Shown here: in pieces, positions 1 to 29,600 of the stretch
Numbering within the stretch: position 1 is the stretch's first letter
How the letters are laid out: every line of letters begins with the position of its first letter
DNA from: the human T2T-CHM13v2.0 reference genome, Homo sapiens
Reading direction: 5' to 3' (one strand)
DNA length: 64,000 nucleotides
NCBI RefSeq assembly: GCF_009914755.1
Contig: NC_060929.1
Made by a program: the position numbers and the translations under genes
The notes under the pieces: generated by a model
Told to the model about the DNA's origin: nothing
Database searches by the model: none
Seen by the model: only the letters and a program-made list of their open reading frames with translations

Positions 1-895
<895 letters not shown>

Positions 896-1779
896 CAGAA
901 TATATGTATTTTAAGGCATTTCTGTTCTGTCTATTGAACCCTGCTTTTCTCATGGGAACTTCTCGGTTGACTGACCCTTTGCCCCCTTCCCAAACTCCTT
1001 CTGACTATATTTTCTGTCAACTCTCTCCATCTCCCTCTTTCTTCAGCTTCATTGCCTCTTTGGGAAGCGAAGATCCCCCCAGACTAGTTCCTCTAAGACC
1101 TCTTCTTTCCATTTACTTCTGCTTTTCCTTCCTCCTTTTGCTTTGGTCTTCTTTCAGTTCCCTTGAATTCTTGATATGCCACCTTTCTCCCTTCCCTCTC
1201 CAGAACCTCAATTACTGGAACTTTAGGTCTCCGGCTCTCAAGATACTCAGAGACTCCTGAAAGTAACCACTTGAGGCTAAAAGAGAGAAAGAAAAATACT
1301 ATTTGGAAACAAAAAATGGATGTTTGTCTACTTAGATGGGCTTTGGAGGCCGACAGCCACTAGATGTCTCCTCAGTCACTCACCTAAAATTAGTCCATAG
1401 CCTCCATAAGATTAACCTCTGATAATAGACAAATATGCCTCCAAAACTTGCATTCTTTTTCTGTGCCATTGAGTTGTAAATTTTCTACCCTGTCTTCTTT
1501 AGAACCTAATAGTTACCTTTGGGAAATACAAACTTCAGGGAGGGAATTGTCATCAGAAAAAAAAAAAAAAAAAAAGAGCTATTTGAAACCAGGTAAGTAA
1601 AAAATCTTAAAAGTCTTTCCCACAAATATTGGTAAAAAACTTTAGACAACTGAGAAGGTAATCTTAACTTGTTATACCTGCCAAAAACACAATTTAGATC
1701 TAGCCGTTTATTTTATAAATTAGTGTGTTTTGAATTATTGTACCTGGCACATGGCTAACATGTTAAAAGCTGTAAGATC

Positions 1780-7159
<5,380 letters not shown>

Positions 7160-7543
7160 GAGAGGAATTCACCCAAATCTATAGGTATTATAGGCAAAGT
7201 ATGATGAGAAATCCTTGGTTTGGCTTCCTAGACTTGAGTCAGGTTTTAAAAGTCCAATTTGAGATTCCTTATGAAAAATTCCAGCAAAGCAAACTTAAAT
7301 GAGCCTTTAGGGCAATCACTATTTTGCTGCACTTATGCAAATAATCAGGTTAAGTTTAATGAGATTGGGCCTATTTTGCAAACAAATTCATCTTATTTTG
7401 ATCATCTTTGGTAGAAACAGAGGTGACTGTAGGTTTAAAAATTACATTTCAGAAGAAAACTAAAGTTTATCTATTATTGAATTCTAGTCCTGTTCATGTT
7501 TTTGAGGTTTTGTTTTGTTTTGTTTTGTTGTTGTTGTTGTTTT

Positions 7544-8910
<1,367 letters not shown>

Positions 8911-9522
8911 CTGAGGTTTTGTTATCTACCTATAATCTGGACTGGATCTTAAATTCTTCTAGTTTCCTCCAATATCTGGTTATCACTCTCCAAACAATTT
9001 CCAATTTTTCTCCCACCTTATGACTGAGAATCACTAAAAATTAAAACTGCCCTTTTTCCAAAGCCCTGCAAGCTAAAGCTGGACAACTTCATATAGACTT
9101 TAGAGAAATCACAACAGCCATATATGAACAATTTTTGTACGTGTTGCTCTATGTGCTACTCAGAAAGTTCCCCAGAACACCTCATGCAAACTGCAAACCA
9201 GGAAAATCTATCAGCTTGTCACTACTTGTCCTCATTCTACCATCTCAAGATGCTTTGAGCTCGAATCTAGAAATTTTTTTGACTGGCTGTCTTCCGGACT
9301 CAAAAACTGAGTTTATGGATTGCTCTAATTGTTAATGTTTGTTTTTCTATTGTTTGTCTGGAAATGCCTCTTATTAAATGCCTGATTGATTACACTACAT
9401 AGAGGCCTAACTTTGGTAGAAGCCTGACTGCAATACCCCCTAACAACTGGAATAAGATACAACTGTTAACTATTTAACTGGACTGAGTTATTCCTGGAAC
9501 TGAGAGATGGTTCAATGGGTTA

Positions 9523-10455
<933 letters not shown>

Positions 10456-11136
10456 CAACACTGACTTTTTTTTTCTTTGTTTCTCCAAGGAGTCAGTCAT
10501 TTCACAACTATTTGAGGGCCTAGTTCAGTGCAGGAAAACAGAAACTACTCTAGGTATTTTGAACTGAGGAGAACTTAGTGTAGAGAATTAGTGTTTACAC
10601 AATCATTGAAAGGAGTTGTGGAATGGACTTCCCAAAACTGCAACAGGAGAGCGAATATGTTTGCCATGATTAGTAAGATGGGGAATCAAAAGGCCACCAC
10701 TGTAACTGTTGAGTTAAAGAACACATTGTCAGAGATCTGCCATCCAGGAACTAGAAAGCAGAGATCAGGAAGCTGAATGGCTGTTGCAGGAGAACCCCAT
10801 GTCTCCAGGATCCTGCTTGCCAACAGAAAGCCCAAAATAGCAGAAAGAAGTCATCTTCCTCCTTTCTGTCTTACAGTCATACAAGTGTGCCTAATTGTAA
10901 GGGAGTCATAGAAATGTATTCTAGCTTCCCGGTCCCTGTAACACATTAGAAGAAAATAAGAATAGAGGATGCATGCCAAATGACCATATTCAATACAAAC
11001 CTGCCCTTTAGGAGTCCACAGATTAGAGAGATAACACCACAATAAATGCAGGTTGAAAGGATGAGCCAGGAAGTATCTGTTTCAGACCGAGTTTAAGTGG
11101 CACGAGTCAGGGACCATTTTTTTTTTTTCTTTTTGA

Positions 11137-11352
<216 letters not shown>

Positions 11353-12424
11353 TGATCTGCCAGCCTCGGCCTCCCAAAGTACTGGGATTACAGGCATGAG
11401 CCACCGTATCCACCCCATAGTAGTCTTAAAATGATTCCAGACTTAATTTGAAGCCATGGAGGTCAGACTCAGAATCATTAAAGGGACAAAGCTGAAGTCA
11501 GTGCCACAGGGAAGAGAGGGGAACAGAAGACACCATGACCTGATGTCAAAAGCTTGGAGCTCTCACTTCCTGCAAGTGGCTGTACACAAGGCCGCGAGTG
11601 CAGCCCCAAGTAAATAGGGCCCACCTTCAGTGGCAGCTTCTCTCTCACACTGGCTGGTTATGGTTTATGTGGCCCTTTGTGGCTTACTTGTCACCTGCCT
11701 CAAGACCATCATCATTCAGAAATGAGCCCGCAGGATCACCACTGGGAGAAGAGAAATACAGAGGGAAAAGATTCAAAGTGGTCCCATCTTCCAAGCAGGA
11801 GGGCCAGGGACTCAGGAGTATTTTGCTGTAGAAGGCCAAGGATCAGGTGCCTCCCAGCTGCCTGTATTTGCTTCCTTCTGCAATTCCAGATGTTTTGGCA
11901 CCTCTCTTCTGTGACTCCAGGAATCAGGAGCCAGATCCTGGTGGTTCTAAGACAAGGGAATAGTGGCAGCTTCTAAGATTGCAAATAAATCCCAAGTCCA
12001 TTAAAGGGCACTACTTTGTATCTGTTGAGTGAGTATGAGGTGGTCTGGTATCTCCTCGGGGCTTAAATAGAAGGCAGCCTATCCTGCTGGTTCAAAGCTT
12101 GGCCTCAGAGTCCTGTCCTGGCTCAGTTGCTTCCCAGTTGTGTGATGTTGGGCAAATTACTTATTCTCAAAATGGAAATAGTGGTACATTTTTCTCTCAA
12201 GATGGTTGTGAGGATTAATTAATTATGTGTAACTATATATAAAGTACTTAGCCCAGTGCCTGGCATATAGTAAGCTTTCTATAAATGGTAGCTGATAGTA
12301 TTTTTGTTATTATTATCAATACCATATGTTCTCGGCAACAAACATCTCCCATCTTAATTACCAGAAAACATCTGGAATAGAAGGTTCCTCACACAAAGCT
12401 TGGTCTAGAACTATGAACTCTTAG

Positions 12425-12899
<475 letters not shown>

Positions 12900-13040
12900 T
12901 GAGAAAGGAACATACTGGTGATAGTCAGAGGCCCAAGATCAGAAGGATTTGGAATTATCTGTTCTGACATTTTCTGTCTGTTTTCCTTCTTCTCTAATGT
13001 CCTTTCCCCAAAGCATTCAACTTCATTTTTTTTAAATTAA

Positions 13041-13352
<312 letters not shown>

Positions 13353-15109
13353 TGAACATCAATTCTGTGCCAGGCATTGTGCTAGCACTTGGTGTATAGT
13401 GAAGAACAGAGAGAAAGGCAACTCCTAACCAACTGGAGTTCTCTTTCTAATGGGGCCACAAACCATATAAATGTGATCACATAAATAATCATTTAATTAC
13501 AGGTTTAATCAGTGCAAGGAAGGAAAATGACAGAGAGTAATGAGCATGGATAATGGGGGAACTTACCATCCCTCAACAGTAAGGGGTCGGGGCTGAACAG
13601 GGGAGGTTGGGTCAGACCTGAAGAATGAGTAAGAGTCAGCTAGTCAAGGAGAAAGAAGTTTCTGGGTAGAGGTGGGCTTCTGCCAAAATGTTGGATGAAA
13701 ACTTTATGGTGTGTTGCCTTGACTGGAGGTCTTAATTCTTAGCTGAGTACTCCCAAAATGATAAATATTTAATGGTGGAATCTTTGAGAGGCTTGTGACC
13801 AGCAGATAGGATCAGGAGGCTTTCTCATTAGCCTTCAAACCAAGCCATATGGCTAGGAGGCCTGGCTCTGGGTATGTAGTGTGTGTGTGTGAGCATGAGT
13901 GTGTAGGAGTGTGACTGCATGTTTGTGACTGTGAATGTCAATGCGGGTGTATATGGATAGATGCAGAGCTATAACAGATAATTTTGGCATCTGGGTCAAG
14001 CAACAGAAATATATCTTGAAAGTCAGGCATACATCAGTTCAGGAGGGAGTTGGAAGGGAGCAGAGAAGAAAGACTGCTCTCCCACATGCACACAGGAGCC
14101 TCCTACAAGTGGGTTCCCTGTTCATGCCTTAGACATTCCAGGTCAGCCATCTCTGCCAAGAGTCAGGGGCAAGCTAGCCAGCACTTCTAGAGAAGGACTG
14201 GTGCTGAAGATTGGGGGAGGAGAAGCCTTTAAAATGTGCACAATCTTTGAGAAAATAATTCTTTAAAATGTTGGCACGCTCCACATTTTTGTTCCTGGGC
14301 CCCTGGTGAGTGTGCCTTTAAGACTCTGAATGTATATGTGCATATATGTGTGTATGTGTGTGTTGACTGTGCTTATGTGTATATGAATAGGTGTTGGGGA
14401 CTACCATGTAAATTGTGATAACTAAGAGCCCCTGCGAGTTTGGAGCCAGCAGATGTGTTCCTGCACTCCTCCCCTCCCACTTTATGTGCTCTGACACTCC
14501 CACTATGCTTATCTCTGTAGCTCTCATCAGAAGCAGAGGCTGGGATTATCTGCCTAGGGCTGAGTCCCTTCATATTAACAACAGACTGAAGATGTACTGA
14601 CTGCAACGAGACAAATAGAAATAATATGGTCACATTCACCTCCATTTCATAAAGCAAGTGGAACCTGGGCTCACTGCGATGAATGAGCTTCAATAATTCA
14701 TCCCAGCTGCTGGTGTGGTATTGACATAAAGCTAATTTAACACTGGGGGAGCCAGGGGAAGTAGGGAGCAGTTAGCCTTCGCTTACAGCATGGTCACTCT
14801 GCTAGCACTCTGGTGCTATGCTGGAAAGCAGAACCCCAGAGTAGAAGCAAACCCCAAACAGAACCCAAACAGAACCCCAAAGCAGAACCCCAGACCTGGG
14901 GAGGTCAGTTGCCCCCTTCCCTCCTTGTAGCCAGTTGACTTTCTGAAGTTGTTAGGATGGTATTTTCTTCTTGATGATACTCTTGATCTTTTGCATCAGG
15001 AATAGAGACTTCCCACCCCTGTCTTCAGATCTGAACTTCTCAACAAAGAGATGTTTCTCAGGTCAGTCAGACTCAGGTCAGTCTCTCCAGGGAATCAAAT
15101 CAAGGTTGA

Positions 15110-15397
<288 letters not shown>

Positions 15398-15561
15398 TAA
15401 GCCACCATGCACAGCAATGTTGAGGTTTTTGCTAGAGAAAAAGGGAACCTGTGGTTCATATCTTAAATGATATTCAGCAACCCATTTGATTTTTTTCTTT
15501 CTCAAAAATAAAAGTCACTCATTCAACATCCAAAACATGTTTGAGTTCCTATCTTTCTTCA

Positions 15562-15714
<153 letters not shown>

Positions 15715-16689
15715 TTAGCTAGGCATGGTGGTGGGTGCCTGTAATCTCAGCTGCTCGGGAGGCTGAAGCAAGGAGAATCGCTTGAACCCAGGAGGCAGAA
15801 GTTGCAGTAAGCCGAGATGGTGCCACTGCACTCCAGCCTGGGTGACAGAGCGAGACTCCATCTCACAAACAAAAAACAAAAAACAAAAAAAACCCCACAT
15901 ATTTAGTAAGCACTTCCTGGTACTAGGTGAACCAGACGGATTGGATCCTTGCCTTCATGAAGTTGACAGTACAGCAGGAAAGATAGGCATTAAATAAATA
16001 AATGCATGAATGAGTATATAATTGCAAATTGTTGCTAAGACTGTTTATTTATATTTATTCATTAATTTAGCCTTCAATGCAATGAGAGAGAATAACATTA
16101 AGGAATAGCTTTGGAATGGGAAGAACTCTCTGAACCCTGAAGGATGAGAAGTCTGGAAAAGAGAGTGGGAAGAGTAGACCAGAAGGAGGAAAAGCCACAT
16201 ATTTAAGGTTTTGCTTCTTGCTGCAAGCAGGTGAATAAAATTTACTGGGGCCTAGTGGGAGAAAAGGAATCAGGAAAGAAAGACCTAAGTTCAAATTTGC
16301 TTTTGCCACATTACAGTTGTGTAGCCTTGGGCAAGTTACTTCTTTCAATTCTGTTACCTCTTCTATAAGATAGAAATGATCATATTTTCCACTTTATAGG
16401 ATTGTTGTGGAAAATTAAGTAAAATAATGTTCTAAAGTGCTTACCGGTGCTTGGCATATGGTAAGTGTCAATAAATTACTATTACCGCTATTATGATTAT
16501 CCTTAAATGTTCCAAGTTCTTTATTACCCCCAGGCTTTGGCACAGTTTGTTTCCTTTGCCTGGATCACACACTGTTCCTTTTACTCACTCATGCACATCT
16601 TTCAAGTAACAGCTGAAAGGTATTTCCCTGGAAGGACTTTCCTGACCCCTAGATTAGTGGCTCTCAAACTGTAGTGCAAGTAAGAATCA

Positions 16690-16887
<198 letters not shown>

Positions 16888-17054
16888 TCACTTAAGCCTG
16901 GCAGGCGGGGGTTGCAGTGAGCTGAGATCACACCCTGCACTCCAGCCTGGGTGACAAAATAAGAGCCTGTCTCAAATAAATAAATAAATAATGAGTATAA
17001 GTGATGTGCACATGTGTGTGCACACGCACGTGCTTAGTACAAAGCAGATTCCAA

Positions 17055-21097
<4,043 letters not shown>

Positions 21098-21518
21098 AAA
21101 AAGCAAGTTCCTTAGGCTCCACATTCAGAGCTTTGGATTCAGCATATCTGGCATGATGCCCAGGACCTGAATTTTCAACAAGTACCTCAGATACCCCTGA
21201 TGCAAGTGGTCCAGGGACCATATTTTGAGAAACATTGCTAAACAATGTTAAGCTTCGAATTGATTCTCTTCCATTCTCCTTTACTTTTTGTAACATACAT
21301 CATAATTGTATGGCTTATCCTGCACCTCTTTTCCCATAGACTGTAAACTCCATGAGGGCAGGGCCCATATCTTCCTTCTTCATCATCATGATGCTAGCAT
21401 TTGGAAAAAGCGCCTTGAGGCTGGGCATGGTGGCTCATGCCTGTAATCTCAGCACTTTGGGAGGCTGAGGTCTGGGCAACATGTCAAAAACCCATCTCTA
21501 CAAAAAAATAAAAAATTA

Positions 21519-21662
<144 letters not shown>

Positions 21663-22811
21663 TCAAAAAAAAAAATAAAATAAAGAAAAGAAAAGAAAAA
21701 GCACCTTGACATTACACATGCCCAGTAGATACAGGGTGAATTTTTTTTTTTTTTTTTTGAGACAGAATCTCGCTCTGTCACCCAGGCTGGAGTGCAGTGG
21801 TGTGATCTCGGCTCACTACAACCTCACCTCCAGGTTTAAGCGATTCTCCTAACTCAGCCTCCAGAGCAGCTGGGATTACAGGCGCGCTTCACCACGCCTG
21901 GCTAATTTCTTATATTTTTTGGTAGAGGTGGGATTTCACCATGTTGGCCAGGCTGGTCTTGAACTCCTGACCTTAGGTGATGCACCAGCCTCGGCCTCCC
22001 AAAGTGCTGGGATTACAGGCATGAGCCACCACGCCCGGCCTGATATACAGTGAACTGAATGACCGAACTGGATTAACTAGAAGGGATCAGAGTAGAAGGG
22101 AAAAATCTTAAGGAGCCTCTAGCCCAAGAATCCACAGTGTAAGTAGTGGGACCAGCGTTTAACCCCCCTTATCCCCATGGCTTCCATTGCACAACAAAAT
22201 GTATCAGCCCACAGTGTGGAAACCAGGAAACTATGGTAGGGAAAGGAGGCCTGACTGGGCTCCCCTTGGGGAGGCACCTCTAGGAGCTCATGGCCAAGAC
22301 TGAGCAAGCTTGAGACCCTGGGGCATGGCATCCAGAGGTGCACAGCTCTGTTGGCCTGGCCTGGCTGGAAGACTCTGGCCAGGTTTTCCTGGTCTCCCTG
22401 GCTGATCCCAGTGCCTTTTGGCTTGGTGACTGCTCTCACTCTTGGCTGCTTCCACGGTGCCTTAGGGCACACAGTCAGCAGAATAGCTTCCCTCAGCATC
22501 CCTGAGCTGGGTCTGGGCCATCCCACTGTCGCCTGTGCTGACTTCTGAGGCCTCATCAACACTGCAGGAAGCATGATGCACCCAAGAGGATGTAGGTGGG
22601 ACATCCAGGGGATGGAGCCTCCTGCCTGGGCCTCTCATATGGAGCCAGCACAAATATAATTGTATCCTCACTGCTCTTACCTCTTCTCATCCAGGGGCAG
22701 GCTTCCTCTAGTCAAGCAATTTTCCTTTTCTCCTCTGTGTCTTCTCTGAAGGGAAGGGTGAAATTCTTCAAGTCTTCACTAAGTTTGTGACCATCAATTA
22801 ACCCTAAATCA

Positions 22812-23003
<192 letters not shown>

Positions 23004-23046
23004 TTAGCTGGGTGTGGTGGCACATGCCTGTAATCCCAGCTGCTCA

Positions 23047-23268
<222 letters not shown>

Positions 23269-23361
23269 TCAATGTCTTTCATAGAAAAAAGTAGGACCTT
23301 TTTAAAATCTTATCATTGGCTAATTATGTGGCCTTCTTCAAGGCCTCAAATCCTTCCCTCA

Positions 23362-23535
<174 letters not shown>

Positions 23536-24498
23536 TTAAATAATTCAAAAAATAAAAAATAATAAATGAAAAAAGTTGTTTCCATTGAGTACCTACAATG
23601 CACCAGGCAGTTAAGCTTAGAGCCTCAAAAATGCATCACCTCATTCAGTTCCCACACAACCCTATAAGGTAAGTAACATTTTCTTTTTTCTTTTCTTTTT
23701 TTTTGAGACAGAGTTTCACTTTTGTCGCCCAGCAGGGAGTGCAACGGTGGATCTTGGCTCACTGCAACCTCCGACTCCCGGGTTCAAGCTATTCTCCTGC
23801 CGCAGCCTCCCAGGTAGCTGGGATTATAGACGTGTGCCACCACCCACGGCAAATTTTTGTGTTTTTAGTTGAGACGGGGTTTCGCCATATTGGCCAGGCT
23901 GGTCTCGAACTCCTGACCTCAGATGATCCACCCTCCTTGGCCACCCAAACTGCTGGGATTACAGGTGTGAGCCACCACGCCTAGCCAGGTAAGTAACATC
24001 TTAAAAAGGTAATTGTGAAATATAACATATATACAGAAGATGTCTAAAACATGTATATGAATCTATAATATATTAATGTATATCTATTACATATGTATCT
24101 GTAAGAACATTCCCTTTCTTTCTTTATAGTTTTATTACCCATATATGCATTTCTAAATAATATAATTTAGTCTTGCCTATTTTTGAAATATAAGTGAATG
24201 GGATCATACTGTACATATTCTTTCGAGTTGTTTTTTTTTTAAACTTACTCTTATCTTCGTGAAAGGCTAGAAAATGTAGACCCTGACTGGACAGCCACAT
24301 CCCAGCTGAATTCTAATACCATGGAAGAAGGAGAGAATGGATGTTGGTGGATAATTAGCCATTTTGCTACAATGTATTACTCACCCACTTCCCATTATTT
24401 CTGGAGTTATTTCTTTCCCGCTTACTTTGATTAATAATTTCCCCTTCTTTTCTATCTCACGGCAACCTCAATGATAAAATCATGGAACCAATGAGTAG

Positions 24499-24786
<288 letters not shown>

Positions 24787-26139
24787 TAGTAGAGGTGGGG
24801 TTTTACCATGTTGGCCAGGCTGGCCTCAAACTCCTGAGCTCAAGTGATCCGCCCACCTCAACCTCCCAAAGCGCTGGGATTACGGGTGTGAGCCACCACG
24901 CCCAGCCTCAAATTTTCTTGAATAAACATATTTTGAGGGCTTACCTCCCATAAGATACTAAGCACATGCAAAGGCATCCTGACTGCTTACCATGCATGGA
25001 AATTCCAGTAAAAGGGCATGCACAGTTGAAGGGTTAAGGGTATGTGCACCCACAGGGTAAGCTTAGAACCAACTTATAGAGTCTTAGATGTCCAGCCATA
25101 TCCTGTCCTGCAAGGACAGTCCCATGTAGTACATGCAGAGAAGGGTGGACTGGATGTGAGATACATAGGGGGCTGTGGGCATAGGAGAGGTGGTGGGATA
25201 GGGTGAGGATCAGAAAGACCTAGGAGGTGTTTCCTAGCTCTGCTCTAGTTGGGCAAATCTCTTAATTACTCTCAGCCTCAGTTTCCTCATCGGTAAAATG
25301 TACGTATATCTGAGAAAGAGATAGTTATTATCCTCATTTTACAGATGACGAATCCCAGGCTCAGAGAAGTTATCTTGCTCAAGAATTCATTAGAGAAAGC
25401 AGAGTCAGGATTCAAGCCCAGGCAGTCTGACTCCAGAGCTGGAGTTCTTTATTGCTAAGAATCACTAGTGGGATGGGAGTGTGCAGAATGAGTGGGGGGA
25501 GAAGGATATACGTTTAACACACTTAATACATCCGCTGTTAAATGTTTCCTGATTTCCAAGTTGTTAAAAGGAGAGTAAGTGTGTTTTAGCATGAAGGAAA
25601 CACGGTGCTGTGGGTGGGCAGGAAGGATGAGGAACAGAGAATGATCCCCGACTCTCTTATGCTGTTTCTTTCTTGGGTTTACAGCCTTGGGCAGGCCCCA
25701 AGTAGAACAGCCACGTAAACGCATGCCTAGAGCGCTTGCCTCCAAGATGAGGGCATGAGCGCAGGATGCCACTAAATTTCCCTCCCCCGGCAGCCAAGGT
25801 TTTTGGGATTTGGGGGTGGGGTGCAACGGCTGCCACAGTTATTGTTCCTCCAGAGCCTCGGAGCAAGATATCCCCCCAAAGCCATATTAAATAAATAAAA
25901 GGAAATTCAGCAGATGGGAACATGAATCAATGAAAACTCCCATATGAGTGCAAAGATTTATGTCAAAAAACAAAACATCAACATCTGGGAGCTGCCGCGT
26001 CTCCTCTTGGCTGCTCGTTTGGAATGGATTCTCAGTGTCGCTTTCCGCCTCTTTCTAGCCCTGGGAGAGGACAGCAAGAAATAAAGAATGATGCCCATTA
26101 AAAATAGTCATTTTTAATCAGAAATGAACGCTGCTTTCC

Positions 26140-26600
26140 CCCTCAAGGCTGGAGGGAACGTGATGCAGGCAGTGGAGCTGCGGGCTCGGCCCCGGGATCG
26201 TGGGGAGAGAGAGCCCCCTGCCGAGCGCGGAGGGGCGCCCTCCCTCCCAGGCCCGGGGCCACCGTCTGGGGTCGGTTCCCTCCAGATTTCACAGCCGCGG
26301 CAGCAGCAGGAGCGCGCACACGCCCGCGCCCACTGCACTGCGGCGGTGCTCCGCAGCTCAGCCTCGGGGCCATCACGTGGGTGCGGCCTGACCCCGGGCG
26401 ATTCTGGGGCCGTCTCCGCAGGCAGTTGAGCCTGCCGCTGGGGCGCTCCTCTGGTCAGGGCAAACCTGCACCTGCCTTCCCCAATCCGGGGGAAGGGAGG
26501 CGGCGAAAGAGGAACCTAGGCCTTGAGGAACGTGTACTGCGGATCCAAGTCCGCACTTAGCTCTTAAGCTGGGCCACGCGGGGCCTAAAGGGGCAGGCGT
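26140..26600. promoter_or_regulatory. Orphan CpG-rich island (candidate enhancer or lncRNA promoter)
   Basis: Non-repetitive, GC-rich and CpG-dense compared with the flanks; E-box TCACGTG at 26373-26379. Confidence 0.6.
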
Positions 26601-29600
26601 TGGATCCTGATACCTGGGTTCAAATCAACTCTGCCACCGTCAACTATGTGACCTTGAAGAAATTTACCTCCCTGAGCCAGCATTTCATCATCTGTAAAAT
26701 GGGAATAATAGTACCAGTCTCCCAGGGAGGCTGTGAAAAGAAAATGAGAAACCATGCGAAATACTTAACACAGTGCACATATACATACAATTTAATAAAT
26801 GTTAGCTATTATAATCAGGGATAAAAATTCAAATTCTCATCATAGCCTACACGGCTCTTACAACCCGTGCTCCTAGCTCTGCAGCCTTGGAGAGGTCACT
26901 GACCCCTTCCATCACTGGGTTCCAGCCACAATAACCTTGACTTCCACTGAGCAACCTAGTTCCTATCTGCCTCAGGACCTTTGCATCTGCTGTTCCCTCT
27001 GCCTAGATGGCTCTTTTCCACCTTCTGCTTCAACCCAGCCTGCCCTTTCTTTGGGCCTCAATTTACTTGTAACATTGTCCAGGAAACTCTTCCCGATTCA
27101 TTTCTGCCCAAAATATAGTTCCTCTGCTCTATGCTCTCATAGCAGCCCAGCTTCTCCTTCCTAGCAACCTTCCTAATTGAAACGTATCATCAGTTTTGTT
27201 ATGTTTCCCGTCCATCACCCCCTGGACAATTCACTCCATGAGGCCAGGAGCCCAGCCTATCTCATTCGCTGCTGTATCCTCAGTCCCCGGGACGTGACTG
27301 GCCTAGGCTCTCTATTTGTGGTAAATGACCCAGAGGGGATGGTGGGACTCAGGCCAGAGGGAATCCTGGGTCTTCTACATTGTTTCACCAGTTCCTTCCA
27401 ACAGTAAACATTCATTTATTAAGTTCTTCTATATGCTAGGTCCTGTGTTGGGCACCAGAGACACAGACTCATACAATTCAATCTCTGATTTAATGGAGCT
27501 TGTAGTTCAAAGGCAGAGATGGATATGTGAACAGAGGACAACACAGATGGGGTGAAGACAGCAATGGGGGTGGTCATTCCTACAAGGACAGGGCCCTTGG
27601 CTCCAAGTGGCATAGATGGACTAAGCTAAGTGCTTTACCTGCATTATCTAACTAAAACTCACAACTATTAGAGAGGCCTATTATCATCCCCATTATACAG
27701 ATGAGACATAAAGAATTTAAACAACTTGCCTAGTGTCAAAAAAAGAGTAAAAGCAGAAGCGAGATTCGAACAGGCGCACAAACATTCCGATTCAGAGCCA
27801 GAGCTCTGATCTACTTGGTCACACTGCCTGGAGAAAACAGCTGTGAGATTACCTACCTCCAACCGTCATGACTCCAGTTCTGTGCTGGATAGAGTTCGGC
27901 CCTGCCCCTCCTCGGTTCCTGCCAATAGGACTGCCACCACCCAAGAGCAGAGAGGAGGTAGGGAGAGCAGGGCTGAGGGGCGGGGAATGCATCCACCCTG
28001 TTCCACACATGGCACTTAATGAGGAATGTTCACAAGGGCGGCAAAGGGGACCTGCAGCAGCTCAGCTAAAAACAGGAGCATCTCTGACTTCCATGCTGCC
28101 AAATCCCCAGTGCTTGAGGGAGGCCCCAGCCTAAACCCAGCTCAATGCCCTGAGGGTGTTGCTGTCACCTTTCTCACCCGCTTCCAAACTTCACTGATCC
28201 TGCTACACCTCCCTTCACCACCTGGGGCTTTTTTTAAAGGTTGAATTCACATCCTCCATTTGCTCTCATAATGGCAGCTCTGCCTGCCCTCCTAGAACCC
28301 AAGAGTCAGCCAGCACAGGGTTTGGAGGCTTCTGGGGGAGCTGTTCTTCAGGGCCTTCTCTGCTGAGGCCTGGCTGAGGTCAGGTACGGGGTTTCTTTGA
28401 GGATTCGATGGGACCACCTGCCTTTTCAAGTCTTCCCACCCTCCAGCTATCAGAAAGCTGCATCCTCCACTAGCATCTGGGGAATTCTGACAGGTGGATC
28501 TGAGGTCACAGCATGACATCTAATGGATAAATCTAGCAGGTGGTGGAGGACTGAACTGGAACTCAGGAAAGAGGACAAAGGTAAGGCTAATGATAGTCAC
28601 CGTTTTGAGTTCTTTCTGTGTGCCAGGCACTGTGCTAACTAAGCACTTTACATGTGCTCCATTTCATAGATGAGGAAGTGAAGCTCAAAAAATTCAAATA
28701 ACTTCCCAAAGTGCACACAACTGAGAAAGTGGTGGAGGATTCAAACCCTGATTATGAGGACTCCAGAACCCAAGCTCTTAACCACTGTATTTTCATTTAA
28801 GAGTCAACAGGACAGAGGGAGTTTAAGAGCAATAGGGAAAGAATGGACATCTGGACAATGCTGGTACTAGCGGTCAGAAGGAGGAAGAAGCACTGCTGGA
28901 GAGATGTAGAGACCAGGGAAGCTGAAGAGGAGACAGATTTAAGAGTCTGATGCAAAAGAAGGTGATTTTGACAGGACCCAGTGACCAACTGGGTATGGGA
29001 GTGTCTGACACCTTTGGGGTATCTGGGCAAATCATGAGAAAGCCAGACAGAAAGCCAGAGAGAAAGGGCTCACTTTGTTGCCTCCTGAGTCCATAATTCT
29101 GGTCTTTCCTGGGTCCCAGCTGTCTCTTCCCTTGGGGTTCATTAAATGTCCTGTCCACTCTTCCATACCCTGATAAAACTTTTTCAAAAGCTAGCTTCAG
29201 TGAGTTTCTAATATTTGAAGTAAGAGTCAAAACTAGTGTGGGGTCATGGGAAAACCTGAACCAGAGGAAAAAAAGAAAACAGAAAACTAGTATGGGGGAG
29301 GGCAGAGAAGGAAGCGTTGAGCCAACAATGAATTCAAGATTCCTTTCCTGGGTGGCTTGGGGAAACTACACAATAGCAGAAAAAATGGAAGCAGATGATG
29401 AGGTTTTGCGTGTGACGTTTAAGGAGTGGATGGTCAACTGAGTCAAGTGCTCTGGGTCAAGGTGTCTGATGGAGCAAAGGTCCACTGGTGGTTAATGAGG
29501 TGGTCTTTGATGACCCTAGAGATCCCTGTGTCAGAAGAAAAGGGATGGAAGCTGGGAGACAAGGCTGAAAAGTGAAGGAGTCATGCAGAAATGGAAGGTA

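Noticed and set aside
14828-14893. Short imperfect tandem repeat (cagaacccc/aaa), superficially array-like
   Set aside because: Units of about 11-12 bp with no unique spacers; an ordinary slippage repeat in eukaryotic DNA, not CRISPR.
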